Shown piece after piece: positions 1 through 9,045 of a stretch of 32,000 nt of DNA (position 1 is its first letter; the number at the start of each line of letters is the position of its first letter). Source of the stretch: Geobacter metallireducens GS-15 (GTDB lineage Bacteria > Desulfobacterota > Desulfuromonadia > Geobacterales > Geobacteraceae); the NCBI RefSeq assembly GCF_000012925.1, contig NC_007517.1, forward strand, positions 1,800,001 through 1,832,000, in the 5' to 3' direction. Position numbers and translations under genes: made by a program. A model generated the notes under the pieces. It was not told the DNA's origin, did not search any database, and saw only the letters and a program-made list of their open reading frames with translations.

Positions 1-89
1 GAGTGAATCAGCGGCTCGCAGAGAAGTTGGAGACTGAGTTCACCATGTATATGCAGCAGGGCAACGTCCGGGAGTCGGTTGCCGGCTGA
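1..89 (+). CDS. plsX: 3' end of upstream gene, probably phosphate acyltransferase PlsX (partial)
   Basis: Open frame 3 enters from the window edge (..VNQRLAEKLETEFTMYMQQGNVRESVAG*) with stop TGA at 87-89, just before fabH. Identity is inferred only from the conserved plsX-fabH-fabD-fabG-acpP-fabF order. Confidence 0.4.
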   Translation, partial: VNQRLAEKLETEFTMYMQQGNVRESVAG

Positions 90-95
90 GGGGGC

Positions 96-1082
96 ATGGT
101 AATGGCCAGAGCGAGAATTATCGGCACAGGTTCGGCCGTGCCTGAGATGATACGGACTAATTTCGACCTGGAAAAGATGGTCGACACCACCGACGACTGG
201 ATTACCACCAGGACTGGCATCAGGGAGCGGCGCATCGCTGCTGAAGGCGAATATACTTCAACTTTCGCAACCCGTGCGGCTGAGCGGGCTCTCGAGATGG
301 CTGGTGTTACTGCTGAAGAAATTGATCTCCTCATTGTTGCGACCGTCACCCCAGATTTTCCCTTTCCATCTACCGCATGCATAGTTCAGAGCAATATCGG
401 AGCGAAAAGGGCCGCTGCGTTTGATGTCTCCGCTGCCTGTTCGGGGTTTCTCTATGGACTCTCGTTGGCGGACAATGCCATTCGGTCTGGGGGGGCAAGT
501 AAAGCTCTCATCATCGGCGCCGAGGTTCTGAGCCGAGTTATTGACTGGACCGACAGAAATACCTGCCTTCTTTTCGGTGACGGTTCCGGGGCCGTAGTGG
601 TTGAAGCATGCGAAAGTGAACAGGGAGTTCTTTCAACGCACCTGCATAGCGACGGTTCCTATTGGGAACTCCTTTATCAGCCCGGTTGCGGCAATCGAAA
701 CCCCGCCGTTCAGAAGACCCTGGATGAGAGGAAGAACTTTCTCCGAATGCAGGGGAATGAGGTGTTCAAGCTTGCCGTGCGGGCTATGGAAGACGCTGCC
801 CTTCAAGCACTGGAAAAGAATGGCCTCACTCCCTCGGATATCAGTATTTTTATACCCCACCAGGCTAATCGTAGAATCATCGATGCCATCGGCAAGCGTC
901 TTGGTTTAAGCGATGACAAAGTCTACGTTAATCTTGATCGATATGGAAACACCTCTTCTGCTTCAATCCCGCTTGCGCTTGATGAAGCCAACCGTGGTGG
1001 GCGGATAAACGAGGGGGATATTGTCCTCTTTGATGCCTTCGGCGGTGGCCTCACGTGGGCCTCTGTTCTGCTGCGCTGGTAA
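96..1082 (+). CDS. fabH: 3-oxoacyl-ACP synthase III (KAS III)
   Basis: 328-aa ORF with KAS III hallmarks: AACSGF (Cys), HQAN (His), GNTSSAS (Asn). The SD GAGGGGG at 88-94 may favour the in-frame second ATG at 102. Confidence 0.95.
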   Translation: MVMARARIIGTGSAVPEMIRTNFDLEKMVDTTDDWITTRTGIRERRIAAEGEYTSTFATRAAERALEMAGVTAEEIDLLIVATVTPDFPFPSTACIVQSNIGAKRAAAFDVSAACSGFLYGLSLADNAIRSGGASKALIIGAEVLSRVIDWTDRNTCLLFGDGSGAVVVEACESEQGVLSTHLHSDGSYWELLYQPGCGNRNPAVQKTLDERKNFLRMQGNEVFKLAVRAMEDAALQALEKNGLTPSDISIFIPHQANRRIIDAIGKRLGLSDDKVYVNLDRYGNTSSASIPLALDEANRGGRINEGDIVLFDAFGGGLTWASVLLRW

Positions 1083-1105
1083 TCTCTCTCCCAAAAGGAA
1101 CTGCT

Positions 1106-2032
1106 ATGAGTAGACGAGCATTCATATTCCCCGGCCAGGGTTCGCAATATCCCGGCATGGGAAAGGATCTTGCGGATAACTTCGCACTAGCCCGGAAGAC
1201 ATTCGAGGAGGCTGATGACGCCCTTGGGGACAACTTGTCTCGCCTCTGTTTCGATGGTCCCGAAGACCAATTGAAGCTCACCGCCAACACGCAGCCCTCT
1301 ATCCTCACCGTTAGTGTGGCTGCCCTGCGGGTCCTTCAAGAGGAGACCGGCTTGAGTGCACAGTATTTTGCCGGTCACTCTCTTGGAGAGTATTCCGCAT
1401 TGGTGGCTGCCGGCGTCATTCAGTTCGCAGACGCGGTTAGAACGGTTCGTGCTCGCGGGACCTTTATGCAGGAGGCTGTGCCTGTCGGCGTTGGAGCCAT
1501 GGCAGCCATGTTGAGTATCGAGCCCGACGTCCTTGCCGCTATCTGCGCTGAGGCTGCCCAAGGCGAAGAGGTCTCCCCTGCCAACTTCAATTCGCCTGGA
1601 CAGATTGTCATTGCAGGCCACACGGGGGCCGTCAATCGGGCCATAGAGATTGCCAAAGCCAAGGGGTTCCGCAAAGCGATGCTCCTTCCTGTAAGTGCCC
1701 CCTTCCATTCGAGCCTCATGGTGCCTGCCGGTGAAAGGCTTGCCGGCGTCCTTGCCCCAATTACTGTTGGTGCATTCAGTGCGCCCGTGGTGACGAACGT
1801 GGAGGCTAAACCCAATGACGACAAAGCACGGGTGAAAGAGCTTCTTGTTCGTCAGGTGAGTGCTCCGGTTCTCTGGGATGCATCGGTACGCGAAATGGTG
1901 GCTCTTGGTGTTACGGAGTTCGTGGAGGTTGGCCCGGGCAAGGTTCTGTCGGGTCTGGTCAAGAGGATTGACAAAGGAGTGTCCACGAAGAATGTTGAAG
2001 ACGCGGCAGGAATTAAGGCCATCGGGGAGTAG
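1106..2032 (+). CDS. fabD: malonyl-CoA:ACP transacylase
   Basis: ORF 1055-2032 trimmed to ATG 1106 (MSRRAFIFPGQGSQ). Carries the GQGSQ and GHSLGEYSA active-site motifs. Confidence 0.95.
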   Translation: MSRRAFIFPGQGSQYPGMGKDLADNFALARKTFEEADDALGDNLSRLCFDGPEDQLKLTANTQPSILTVSVAALRVLQEETGLSAQYFAGHSLGEYSALVAAGVIQFADAVRTVRARGTFMQEAVPVGVGAMAAMLSIEPDVLAAICAEAAQGEEVSPANFNSPGQIVIAGHTGAVNRAIEIAKAKGFRKAMLLPVSAPFHSSLMVPAGERLAGVLAPITVGAFSAPVVTNVEAKPNDDKARVKELLVRQVSAPVLWDASVREMVALGVTEFVEVGPGKVLSGLVKRIDKGVSTKNVEDAAGIKAIGE

Positions 2033-2039
2033 GGAAACC

Positions 2040-2780
2040 ATGAGTCTTGAAGGTAAGGTTGCAATCGTAACGGGAGCCTCAAGGGGAATCGGCAGGGCCA
2101 TCGCCCTAAAACTCGCCAGGGAGGGGGCCAGTGTGGTGGTGACGGCCACGACACTGGAAAGCGCCCGGAAAACTGCGGCAGAGATTGAAGCGCTCGGGCA
2201 CAAAGCCCTGTCTCTGGCCGTAGATGTTGCCGACTCGTCTGCAGTGGAAGCCATGTTCGTATCGGCGGTCGGAGCTTTTGGGAAGGTTGATATCCTTGTG
2301 AACAACGCGGGTATCACGAAGGACGGCCTTCTCCTCAGAATGAAAGATGCCGATTGGGATGCGGTTATCGATGTGAACCTCAAGGGAGCTTTCAACTGCA
2401 TCCGCGAGGCGGCAAAGCTCATGGTCAAGGCTCGTAGCGGCCGCATTGTCAATATCAGTTCCGTTGTTGGCGAGATGGGTAATGCAGGACAGATCAACTA
2501 TTGCGCAAGCAAGGCAGGCATGATCGGGCTTACAAAATCGGCAGCCCGCGAGCTTGCCAAGCGGGGAATTACGGTCAATGCCGTAACGCCCGGATTCATT
2601 GAGACGAATATGACGTCGGTTCTTTCCGACAAGGTGCGCGAAGGGCTCTTACAACAAATTCCTCTTGAGCGTCTCGGCACGTCGGATGATGTTGCAAATG
2701 CTGTTTTTTTCCTTGTCTCGTCAATGGGGGACTACATAACAGGGCATGTCCTTTCAGTAAATGGCGGCATGTACATGTGA
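2040..2780 (+). CDS. fabG: 3-oxoacyl-ACP reductase (SDR)
   Basis: ORF 1860-2780 trimmed to ATG 2040 (MSLEGKVAIVTGASRGIG). Has the SDR motifs TGxxxGIG, NNAG and the YCASK catalytic YxxxK. Confidence 0.95.
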   Translation: MSLEGKVAIVTGASRGIGRAIALKLAREGASVVVTATTLESARKTAAEIEALGHKALSLAVDVADSSAVEAMFVSAVGAFGKVDILVNNAGITKDGLLLRMKDADWDAVIDVNLKGAFNCIREAAKLMVKARSGRIVNISSVVGEMGNAGQINYCASKAGMIGLTKSAARELAKRGITVNAVTPGFIETNMTSVLSDKVREGLLQQIPLERLGTSDDVANAVFFLVSSMGDYITGHVLSVNGGMYM

Positions 2781-2792
2781 AAAAATTATCTT

Positions 2793-2820
2793 TTGCAATC
2801 TGATTGATTCATGATATGTA
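2793..2820 (+). promoter_or_regulatory. candidate sigma70 promoter for acpP
   Basis: TTGCAA (2793-2798), 16-nt spacer, TATGTA (2815-2820), in the AT-rich fabG-acpP spacer. Pattern match only. Confidence 0.3.
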
Positions 2821-2878
2821 GCTAGAAAAACTAACTGAAAACCTGAACAGGGTTAATACCAAACGGAGGTGAAAAAGA

Positions 2879-3112
2879 ATGTCAGCGATAGACAAAAGGG
2901 TTAAAGAGATCGTTGCCGAACAGCTTGGCGTCGATGAAGCACAGGTAACGAATGAGGCATCGTTCATGGACGATCTGGGTGCCGATTCTCTTGATACCGT
3001 GGAACTGGTGATGGCCCTCGAGGAGGAGTTCGACATCGAGATCTCCGACGAAGACGCAGAGAAGATCCAAAGCGTACAGGACGCCATCGACTACATCACC
3101 GAGCATACCTAA
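2879..3112 (+). CDS. acpP: acyl carrier protein
   Basis: 77 aa with [19 protein letters not shown] (phosphopantetheine Ser in DSL). SD GGAGG lies upstream. Confidence 0.97.
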   Translation: MSAIDKRVKEIVAEQLGVDEAQVTNEASFMDDLGADSLDTVELVMALEEEFDIEISDEDAEKIQSVQDAIDYITEHT

Positions 3113-3118
3113 ACACGA

Positions 3119-3144
3119 GGGGGAAGGGGAACCTTCCCCCTTTT
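3119..3144 (+). terminator. hairpin + T-run after acpP (probably a partial terminator before fabF)
   Basis: GGGGGAAGG / loop GGAA / CCTTCCCCC, a perfect 9-bp stem, followed by TTTT. Confidence 0.5.
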
Positions 3145-3204
3145 CACACAGAGCGGCACTGCCGCTATCTCTGCACGATTCCAGAACATCGGGAGCACGC
3201 CATT

Positions 3205-4437
3205 ATGAGAAGAGTTGTTGTGACGGGAGTTGGAGCCATTTCTCCCCTGGGGACCGGCAATGGCAAGAACTGGGATGCACTCGTCGCGGGACGGTCAGGA
3301 ATCGATCTGATTACCCGTTTCGACGCCTCGGAGCTTCCTGTAAAGATTGCCGGCGAAGTTAAGGATTTCACTCCTGAGGATTTCATTGAAAAAAAAGAGG
3401 TCAAGAAAATGGACCTCTTTATTCAGTATGCCCTTGCGGCTGCCCAGTTTGCCATGGAGGATTCGGGGCTTCAGATTACCGATGAGAACGCTGAACGCGT
3501 CGGGGTGATTGTCGGAGCTGGTCTCGGCGGACTGCCGACCATTGAGAAATATCATGCGGCAATGCTGGAAGGGGGCTACAAGAAGATCTCTCCTTTCTTT
3601 ATTCCGATGCTCATTATCAACCTGGCTCCGGGGCATATTTCCATCAAGTACGGGGCAAAAGGACCAAACCTTTCGTCAGTTTCAGCCTGCGCGACCGGTA
3701 CCCACTCAATCGGTGATGCCTATCACATGATCAAGCGGGGAGATGCGGATGCCATGATTGCCGGCGGTACCGAGTCGACGGTGACACCTCTCGGCATAGG
3801 TGGTTTTGCCGTGATGAAGGCCCTCTCTACCCGTAATGACGACCCGAAAGGGGCATCGCGCCCCTTCGAGAAGAGCCGTGACGGATTCGTCCTCGCTGAA
3901 GGCGCCGGAATCGTGATTCTTGAGGAGTATGAGTCTGCCAAGAAGCGCGGAGCGAAGATTTATGCCGAGGTAGTCGGTTATGGCCTCTCGGGCGATGCCT
4001 ATCACCTGACAGCGCCTGCCCCGGAAGGAGAAGGGGCCGCCCGCTGCATCAAGATGGCGCTCAACAACGCCGGCATCAATGCTGATCAGGTTGACTACAT
4101 CAATGCTCATGGTACTTCAACTCATTTTAATGATTACTATGAGACGCTTGCCATCAAAAAAGTCTTCGGAGACCACGCAAAGAAAATCATGGTCTCTTCC
4201 ACCAAATCGATGACCGGTCACCTTCTCGGGGCAGCAGGCGGTGTCGAGGCGGTATTCAGCCTCATGGCGATGGACAAGGGTGTTGTTCCTCCGACCATCA
4301 ACTACCAGGAGCAGGATTCTGAGTGCGATCTCGATTATGTCCCCAACACTGCCCGGGATGCAAAGATCACCTATGCCATGAGCAACAACTTCGGTTTCGG
4401 CGGCACCAATGCCTCGCTTCTCTTCAAGAAGATATAG
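3205..4437 (+). CDS. fabF: 3-oxoacyl-ACP synthase II (KAS II)
   Basis: 410 aa with active-site Cys in [14 protein letters not shown] and the C-terminal [14 protein letters not shown], all typical of FabF. Confidence 0.95.
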   Translation: MRRVVVTGVGAISPLGTGNGKNWDALVAGRSGIDLITRFDASELPVKIAGEVKDFTPEDFIEKKEVKKMDLFIQYALAAAQFAMEDSGLQITDENAERVGVIVGAGLGGLPTIEKYHAAMLEGGYKKISPFFIPMLIINLAPGHISIKYGAKGPNLSSVSACATGTHSIGDAYHMIKRGDADAMIAGGTESTVTPLGIGGFAVMKALSTRNDDPKGASRPFEKSRDGFVLAEGAGIVILEEYESAKKRGAKIYAEVVGYGLSGDAYHLTAPAPEGEGAARCIKMALNNAGINADQVDYINAHGTSTHFNDYYETLAIKKVFGDHAKKIMVSSTKSMTGHLLGAAGGVEAVFSLMAMDKGVVPPTINYQEQDSECDLDYVPNTARDAKITYAMSNNFGFGGTNASLLFKKI

Positions 4438-4449
4438 CGAGGTGATGCA

Positions 4450-4896
4450 GTGATACTCGTCGGAAGCGATCATGGAGGCCTTGAACTGAAGGAGGCAATT
4501 AAGCTTCTCCTGACTGAGCGGGGCATTACTGTTGAGGATTGTGGTACTGATAACGGCAATTCGGTCGATTATCCCGACTTCGGCATTAAGGTTGCCCGCA
4601 AGATTTCAGCAGGCGAAGCGGAGAAAGGTATTCTTTTCTGCGGAACCGGCATCGGGATGTCAATCGTTGCCAACAAGTTCCCCAATGTAAGGGCTGCCTT
4701 GGCAACCGACCCTTTCATGGCTCGTATGGCGAAGGAACACAATAACGCCAATATACTGGTTCTTGGAGGGCGGGTCCTCGACGAGGCGACGGCCCGCGAA
4801 ATGGTTTGTGTCTGGCTCGATGCCACTTTTGAAGGGGGGCGTCATCAGGGGAGGCTCGATAAGATAGCCGCCCTTGAAAAGGAACTGATGAAGTAG
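4450..4896 (+). CDS. rpiB: ribose-5-phosphate isomerase B (RpiB/LacA family)
   Basis: 148 aa with a GTG start. Motifs GSDHGG and CGTGIGMSIVANK. Confidence 0.9.
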   Translation: MILVGSDHGGLELKEAIKLLLTERGITVEDCGTDNGNSVDYPDFGIKVARKISAGEAEKGILFCGTGIGMSIVANKFPNVRAALATDPFMARMAKEHNNANILVLGGRVLDEATAREMVCVWLDATFEGGRHQGRLDKIAALEKELMK

Positions 4897-4933
4897 TCCG
4901 GCCGAACCGGCCGACTTGTGGAAGATACGCACT

Positions 4934-4965
4934 ACGGGACTGTCAATGGTCCCGTTTTCCTTTTT
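4934..4965 (+). terminator. rho-independent terminator after rpiB
   Basis: ACGGGAC / 8-nt loop / GTCCCGT followed by TTTCCTTTTTG. Confidence 0.6.
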
Positions 4966-4987
4966 GTAATCGTGAAAGGAGTCAACT

Positions 4988-6235
4988 ATGTCGATCCTCG
5001 AAACCTTTGACCCGGCAGTAGCCGAGGCCATCCGTCATGAAACCGAGCGCCAGGAGTACAATCTGGAGCTCATTGCGTCCGAAAACTTTGTCTCCGAAGC
5101 AGTGATGGAGGCCCAGGGGTCGGTTCTGACCAACAAATATGCTGAAGGGTACCCTGGCAAGCGATACTATGGCGGTTGCCACCATGTGGATGTGGTGGAG
5201 AACCTTGCAATTGAGCGGGCGAAAGAACTTTTTGGTGCCGATCATGCGAACGTCCAGCCCCACTCCGGCTCCCAAGCCAATATGGCGGTTTATTTCTCGG
5301 TGCTGAAGCCGGGCGACACCATTCTCGGCATGAATCTCTCCCACGGCGGCCACCTTACCCACGGTAGCCCGGTGAACTTCTCGGGCCGGTTCTTCAACGT
5401 GGTTCCCTATGGTGTTTCCCAGGAAACCGAGACGATTGACTTCAACGAAGTCGAGCGTCTGGCCCTTGAGCATAAGCCGAAGCTGATCGTTGTGGGGGCC
5501 AGCGCCTATCCACGTGTTCTGGATTTTGCCGCCTTCAGGGCCATAGCCGACAAAGTGGGGGCGCTGGTCATGGTGGACATGGCCCATATTGCGGGGCTCG
5601 TTGCTGCCGGCCTTCACCCAAGCCCGGTTCCCTATGCCGAGTTTGTCACCACGACAACCCACAAAACCCTGCGTGGACCCCGCGGCGGGATGATTCTCTG
5701 CCGCGAGGAATTTGCCAAGACCCTCAATTCCAATATTTTCCCCGGTATTCAGGGCGGCCCTCTCATGCATGTCATCGCGGCCAAGGCAGTTGCCTTCAAA
5801 GAGGCTCTTGCGCCTGAATTCAAGTTGTATCAGGAGCAGATTGTCAAGAATGCACGGACCCTTGCTGACGAACTCATGAAGCGCGGCTTCCGGCTTGTCT
5901 CCGGAGGTACCGACAACCACCTGATGCTTGTTAACCTGACGGGCACCGAGTTGACCGGCAAGGTGGCCGAGGAGGCCCTCGACAAAGCGGGTATCACGGT
6001 CAACAAGAACACCGTCCCCTTTGAGACACGCTCTCCCTTTGTTACCTCCGGCTTCCGGATCGGTACTCCTGCTGCCACAAGTCATGGACTCAAAGAGGCG
6101 GAGATGGTGGAAGTTGCCGCTTTCATCGCCGAGGCCTTGGCAAATGTGGGGAACGAGGCAAAGCTTGCAGAGGTAAAGGGGAAAGTGAACGCCCTTATGG
6201 GCCGTTTTCCGCTCTATGCCAGCCGCCTGAAGTAA
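4988..6235 (+). CDS. glyA: serine hydroxymethyltransferase
   Basis: 415 aa with the PLP-lysine motif [23 protein letters not shown] lies upstream. Confidence 0.97.
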   Translation: MSILETFDPAVAEAIRHETERQEYNLELIASENFVSEAVMEAQGSVLTNKYAEGYPGKRYYGGCHHVDVVENLAIERAKELFGADHANVQPHSGSQANMAVYFSVLKPGDTILGMNLSHGGHLTHGSPVNFSGRFFNVVPYGVSQETETIDFNEVERLALEHKPKLIVVGASAYPRVLDFAAFRAIADKVGALVMVDMAHIAGLVAAGLHPSPVPYAEFVTTTTHKTLRGPRGGMILCREEFAKTLNSNIFPGIQGGPLMHVIAAKAVAFKEALAPEFKLYQEQIVKNARTLADELMKRGFRLVSGGTDNHLMLVNLTGTELTGKVAEEALDKAGITVNKNTVPFETRSPFVTSGFRIGTPAATSHGLKEAEMVEVAAFIAEALANVGNEAKLAEVKGKVNALMGRFPLYASRLK

Positions 6236-6253
6236 CGTTACCACACCATCTTA

Positions 6254-6298
6254 CACAAAGAGGGGGAATGCCACGCTGCATTCCCCCTCTTTGTGTTT
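6254..6298. terminator. bidirectional terminator between convergent glyA and the cheX-like gene
   Basis: Perfect 18-bp inverted repeat CACAAAGAGGGGGAATGC (6254-6271) / GCATTCCCCCTCTTTGTG (6278-6295) with a 6-nt loop, then TTT. Confidence 0.7.
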
Positions 6299-6313
6299 GG
6301 ACTGTCGTGAGTC

Positions 6314-7177
6314 TTACTGTTGTATGAAGACCGCCAGCTCAATCCTGTCCCCATCGGACAGGCAGACCGGGAAACAGAGGGCCTTGTGGCCGTCAGGCAC
6401 CTGAATGCCATCGGGGGCTTCTATGATCTCGGGTGGGGCTATTTCCATGGACTTGCCACTCTGGGCCGCCTTGGCGGCGATGTTCCCCAAAGCCACGTTC
6501 ACGAATTCCATTACCGTGTCGTCGAGAATTTCCTTTGGTTCGTTGTCGACATTCGGTTCCTTGAGAATCGCCTTGGCAATTTTTTTCTGAGTGGCGGCAG
6601 TAACGCCCATGAAATAGCGCCCTGAAATATCACCGGTGAAATCCATGGTGGCGTAAACATCCATTGCAGGTACCCGGTCAGCCACGAAGCAGGGTTCGGG
6701 GCGGAAGACGAGGAGCGCCACGCGGGTAAGCATCTTGTAGGAGAGGTCGGCCACCATTTCCCAAATTTTCGGTTCGGAGACACCGGTCGGTATAACCACG
6801 GTATCAGTGGCGTACTGGGCCTGATCGGCCTTGAATTCTTCCAGGTATTTCGGCAATTCATCGGCTTGAAAACTACCCACCTTGACGAGAGCTTCTCCGA
6901 TGTAGAGATGGGTATTTTTCTGTCGCGTCAGAACCTGCATCATCTGCTCACTGGTCAGAAGCCCCAGCTTTACCGCCATATCCCCGAACCGAAGGTCTTC
7001 GATCCGTTGCGCATTGTGGATCCTCTCGATATCTGCCTCCGTGAGAATGCCCATGGCAAGGGAGGTGGCTCCGAAGCTGAGATTCACCGATTCCTGAAGC
7101 TCTATGGCCTGCAAGAGGGTTTCCCTCGAGACCACCCCTTTTTCAACGAGAAACTGTCCGAAAAACTTGACTGCCAT
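6314..7177 (-). CDS. CheX/CheC-family CheY-P phosphatase with an N-terminal 4x MshEN/T2SSE_N-like repeat region
   Basis: 287 aa. The C-terminal half has the D-x3-E-x2-N signature (DTVMEFVN) followed by PP about 21 residues later. The N-terminal 115 aa are four 29-residue units matching the MshEN motif. SD AGGGAGGA lies upstream. Confidence 0.75.
   Translation of the reverse strand: MAVKFFGQFLVEKGVVSRETLLQAIELQESVNLSFGATSLAMGILTEADIERIHNAQRIEDLRFGDMAVKLGLLTSEQMMQVLTRQKNTHLYIGEALVKVGSFQADELPKYLEEFKADQAQYATDTVVIPTGVSEPKIWEMVADLSYKMLTRVALLVFRPEPCFVADRVPAMDVYATMDFTGDISGRYFMGVTAATQKKIAKAILKEPNVDNEPKEILDDTVMEFVNVALGNIAAKAAQSGKSMEIAPPEIIEAPDGIQVPDGHKALCFPVCLSDGDRIELAVFIQQ
6833..7165 (-). repeat. four tandem 29-codon protein-level repeats (24-aa MshEN-like motif + 5-aa spacer) inside the cheX-like gene
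   Basis: Invariant Gly at residues 7, 36, 65 and 94. Units are FFGQFLVEKGVVSRETLLQAIELQ, SFGATSLAMGILTEADIERIHNAQ, RFGDMAVKLGLLTSEQMMQVLTRQ and YIGEALVKVGSFQADELPKYLEEF. Confidence 0.7.
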
Positions 7178-7236
7178 ATCAATGTCCTCCCTGAAAACAA
7201 GAGTAGCGTCATACGTTGGCCGTGGGCGGCCTGTGT

Positions 7237-7596
7237 CTAAATCTCGCGGAGGATTTTCAGGATATCATCCGCTTCGAATGGCTTTGAGATAACCGTGCGG
7301 GCTCCGAGGCGCAGAGCTTCGGTGAACTTGTCGCCGACACCTCCAAGTGAGGTAATCATGACCACCTTCACGTTTTTGTCGAGGGCCACGAGGGTGCGGA
7401 GGGCAGTCAGTCCGTCCATACCCGGCATGTTCATATCCATGCAGATGATGTCAGGGTGTTCGGTCTGGTGCATCCGGATGGCTTCCATGCCGTTTTTGCC
7501 GTGGCCAACCACTTGGAACTCGCCGCTGTCTGCGAGGATCTTCTCCAGTTGTCGGGCCACTGAGATACTGTCATCTACAATCAGCACCTTTTTCAT
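7237..7596 (-). CDS. stand-alone CheY-like receiver (single-domain response regulator)
   Basis: 119 aa with the acidic pair DD (res 8-9), phospho-acceptor Asp in ICMDMNMPG, Thr/Ser in MITS and Lys in SKPF. SD GGAAGGAGGAG. Confidence 0.9.
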   Translation of the reverse strand: MKKVLIVDDSISVARQLEKILADSGEFQVVGHGKNGMEAIRMHQTEHPDIICMDMNMPGMDGLTALRTLVALDKNVKVVMITSLGGVGDKFTEALRLGARTVISKPFEADDILKILREI

Positions 7597-7958
7597 GTAC
7601 TCCTCCTTCCTATACGTCCGCGACTACGCGTTTGCTTGTCTGTTCACTGTTTCATATCGGCAGGTTGCGGATTTTATTTAGAAAAAAATTATCAGGTTTT
7701 TCCCTCATCTGTAACCAACCGTAAAATAGATAGAATATGGTGCGCCTGTGCAGGCCTTACCATGATAGCCAAAAGCCGGAAGTTCCCGATGATGAAGGGA
7801 GCAGCATGGTCAACAGTGCGTTCTTCGGTTTAGGTAAAATGTGCATACATTTTTCTTTGTAAATGCAAACATGTTGTTATTTCAAGTGGTTAAGTCTGCT
7901 ATTCCGGTTGAATCCTGAGCTGATAAAAGATCTTGAGCTTTGTCCTCTATAAAAACCC

Positions 7959-7986
7959 TTGCAAAATGGATAGTTGCCGCTATAGT
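7959..7986 (+). promoter_or_regulatory. candidate sigma70 promoter for the HU gene
   Basis: TTGCAA (7959-7964), 16-nt spacer, TATAGT (7981-7986), about 30 nt upstream of the HU start. Confidence 0.4.
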
Positions 7987-8017
7987 AGCCATAGAATCCC
8001 ATAAACAGGAGGGTTAT

Positions 8018-8308
8018 ATGACCAAAGCAGAACTCGTGGACGCCGTAGCAAAATCCGCAGAACTCACCAAGGCTGCCGCTGACAAGGCGGTGAACGGGGT
8101 GATCGAAGCAGTTACTGCAGCTCTCAAAAAAGGTGACAAGGTGACATTGGTTGGCTTCGGCAGCTTTGAGGTCGCTACCCGCAAGGCCCGTACCGGCCGC
8201 AACCCCCAAACCGGTAAAGAGATCAAGATTGCTGCCGCCAAGGTTCCCAAGTTCCGCCCCGGCAAGGCCCTCAAGGACGCCGTGGCCGGCGCCAAGAAAA
8301 AGAAGTAA
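8018..8308 (+). CDS. hup: HU-family nucleoid-associated DNA-binding protein
   Basis: ORF 7940-8308 trimmed to ATG 8018, preceded by [20 protein letters not shown]...[44 protein letters not shown] is a typical HU fold sequence. Confidence 0.9.
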   Translation: MTKAELVDAVAKSAELTKAAADKAVNGVIEAVTAALKKGDKVTLVGFGSFEVATRKARTGRNPQTGKEIKIAAAKVPKFRPGKALKDAVAGAKKKK

Positions 8309-8335
8309 TCCGCTTTTTTCAAGAGTAACAGGAAA

Positions 8336-8367
8336 GCCTCTCGTGTCAGACATGAGGGGCTTTTTTC
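8336..8367 (+). terminator. rho-independent terminator after hup
   Basis: GCCTCTC / loop / GAGGGGC (one G-U pair) followed by TTTTTT. Confidence 0.6.
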
Positions 8368-8636
8368 GTTGTAATCTCCCCTAAATGAGCTTTCCACGGC
8401 AGGTGTGGATAAGTCTCCTGTTGCTGTGGATATGTCTCAGATTTCCTAAGTATCATTCAGCACTTTTTCGGCTTGCACAATGAATAGGCATTGTTGTTAA
8501 CGTGTTGGAATTGTGTGTCAATAGTTATTTTTGCTTGTGCGGAGTGTTGAGTGCAATTCATCTGCAGGATGGGCCAGGCGATAAGGTTGAGTGAGGTGGA
8601 TAACTGTCGCTTGACAGGGGTATCTTGGAATGGTAG

Positions 8637-8806
8637 GTGGTGGCAGTGGTCGATGGAGAGGCAACCCTCAACCGCTTCTATCGAGGTGAGGATCATATCG
8701 TCTCCAGCCCGAAAACACTGATATGGAGTCGATTATTGTCCGCAACGGGGAGGGGGAGGTGGCCATCGTCGGCAAGGTGGTTGGAATCTACCGTCCTCTG
8801 GACTGA
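8637..8806 (+). pseudogene. decayed LexA/UmuD-like S24 peptidase C-terminal fragment
   Basis: [21 protein letters not shown] in frame 0 continues only after a 1-nt frame change near 8696-8699 as [38 protein letters not shown] sits immediately upstream (8634-8636). No wHTH or Ser-containing N-terminal part is present. Asn replaces the catalytic Lys (ATLNRF vs LexA TVKRL). Confidence 0.6.
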
Positions 8807-8810
8807 TACC

Positions 8811-8948
8811 ATGGAATCTGTACATGAACGAACCATTCTCCACGTGGACCAGAATGCGTTCTTCGCATCGGTGGAGCAGGAGGCGAACCCCGAACTGCGC
8901 GGCAAACCCATCGCGGTCATCGGCAGGGGCCGGACGGTAGTGACTTGA
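8811..8948 (+). pseudogene. truncated Y-family DNA polymerase (DinB-like) N-terminal fragment
   Basis: [45 protein letters not shown] matches the DinB N-terminus (HVDxDxFFASVE..P.LRGKP.AV) but stops after 45 codons. It starts 4 nt after the lexA-like stop, as in lexA-dinB operons. Confidence 0.65.
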
Positions 8949-9045
8949 GACCCTGTCGGGACGTCCGTTTGAAAAGAAAAAGCGACATATTATGTCGTAT
9001 CATTATGGTAGATTGGCATGCACCGAGTAAGGAAAGGTGCCCTCT

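Noticed and set aside
1187-2497. Very long ORFs antisense to or overlapping well-supported genes (for example 1187-2497, 4982-6244, 12407-13198, 18008-18868, 20955-21923, 25409-26638, 27667-28944, 28941-29915).
   Set aside because: They are typical shadow ORFs of GC-rich DNA. Their translations are R/G/P/H-rich with no recognisable motifs, while the opposite-strand or other-frame genes carry unambiguous family signatures.
4897-4987. Possible ZTP (pfl) or THF riboswitch in the spacer upstream of glyA.
   Set aside because: The conserved CCGCCUGGGC-type or pseudoknot elements are absent. The only structure is a simple terminator hairpin belonging to rpiB.
7830-7885. Imperfect direct repeats GTAAAATGTGCATACAT / GTAAATGCAAACAT in the long AT-rich cheY-hup spacer, plus an 18-codon ORF (ATG 7806) with a weak SD.
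   Set aside because: The repeats are short and gapped, and the mini-ORF has no conservation evidence. This is most simply AT-rich promoter/UP-element DNA for hup.
7906-7915. GGTTGAATCC resembling a tRNA T-arm (GGTTCGAATCC).
   Set aside because: No acceptor stem, D-arm or anticodon arm can be built around it, and the motif itself is imperfect.
8400-8640. Search for a Geobacter-type LexA box (GGTTNNCNNNNGNNNACC) upstream of the lexA-like relic.
   Set aside because: The only GGTT nearby (about 8585) does not satisfy the C/G/ACC positions, which is consistent with the promoter region having decayed or been deleted.
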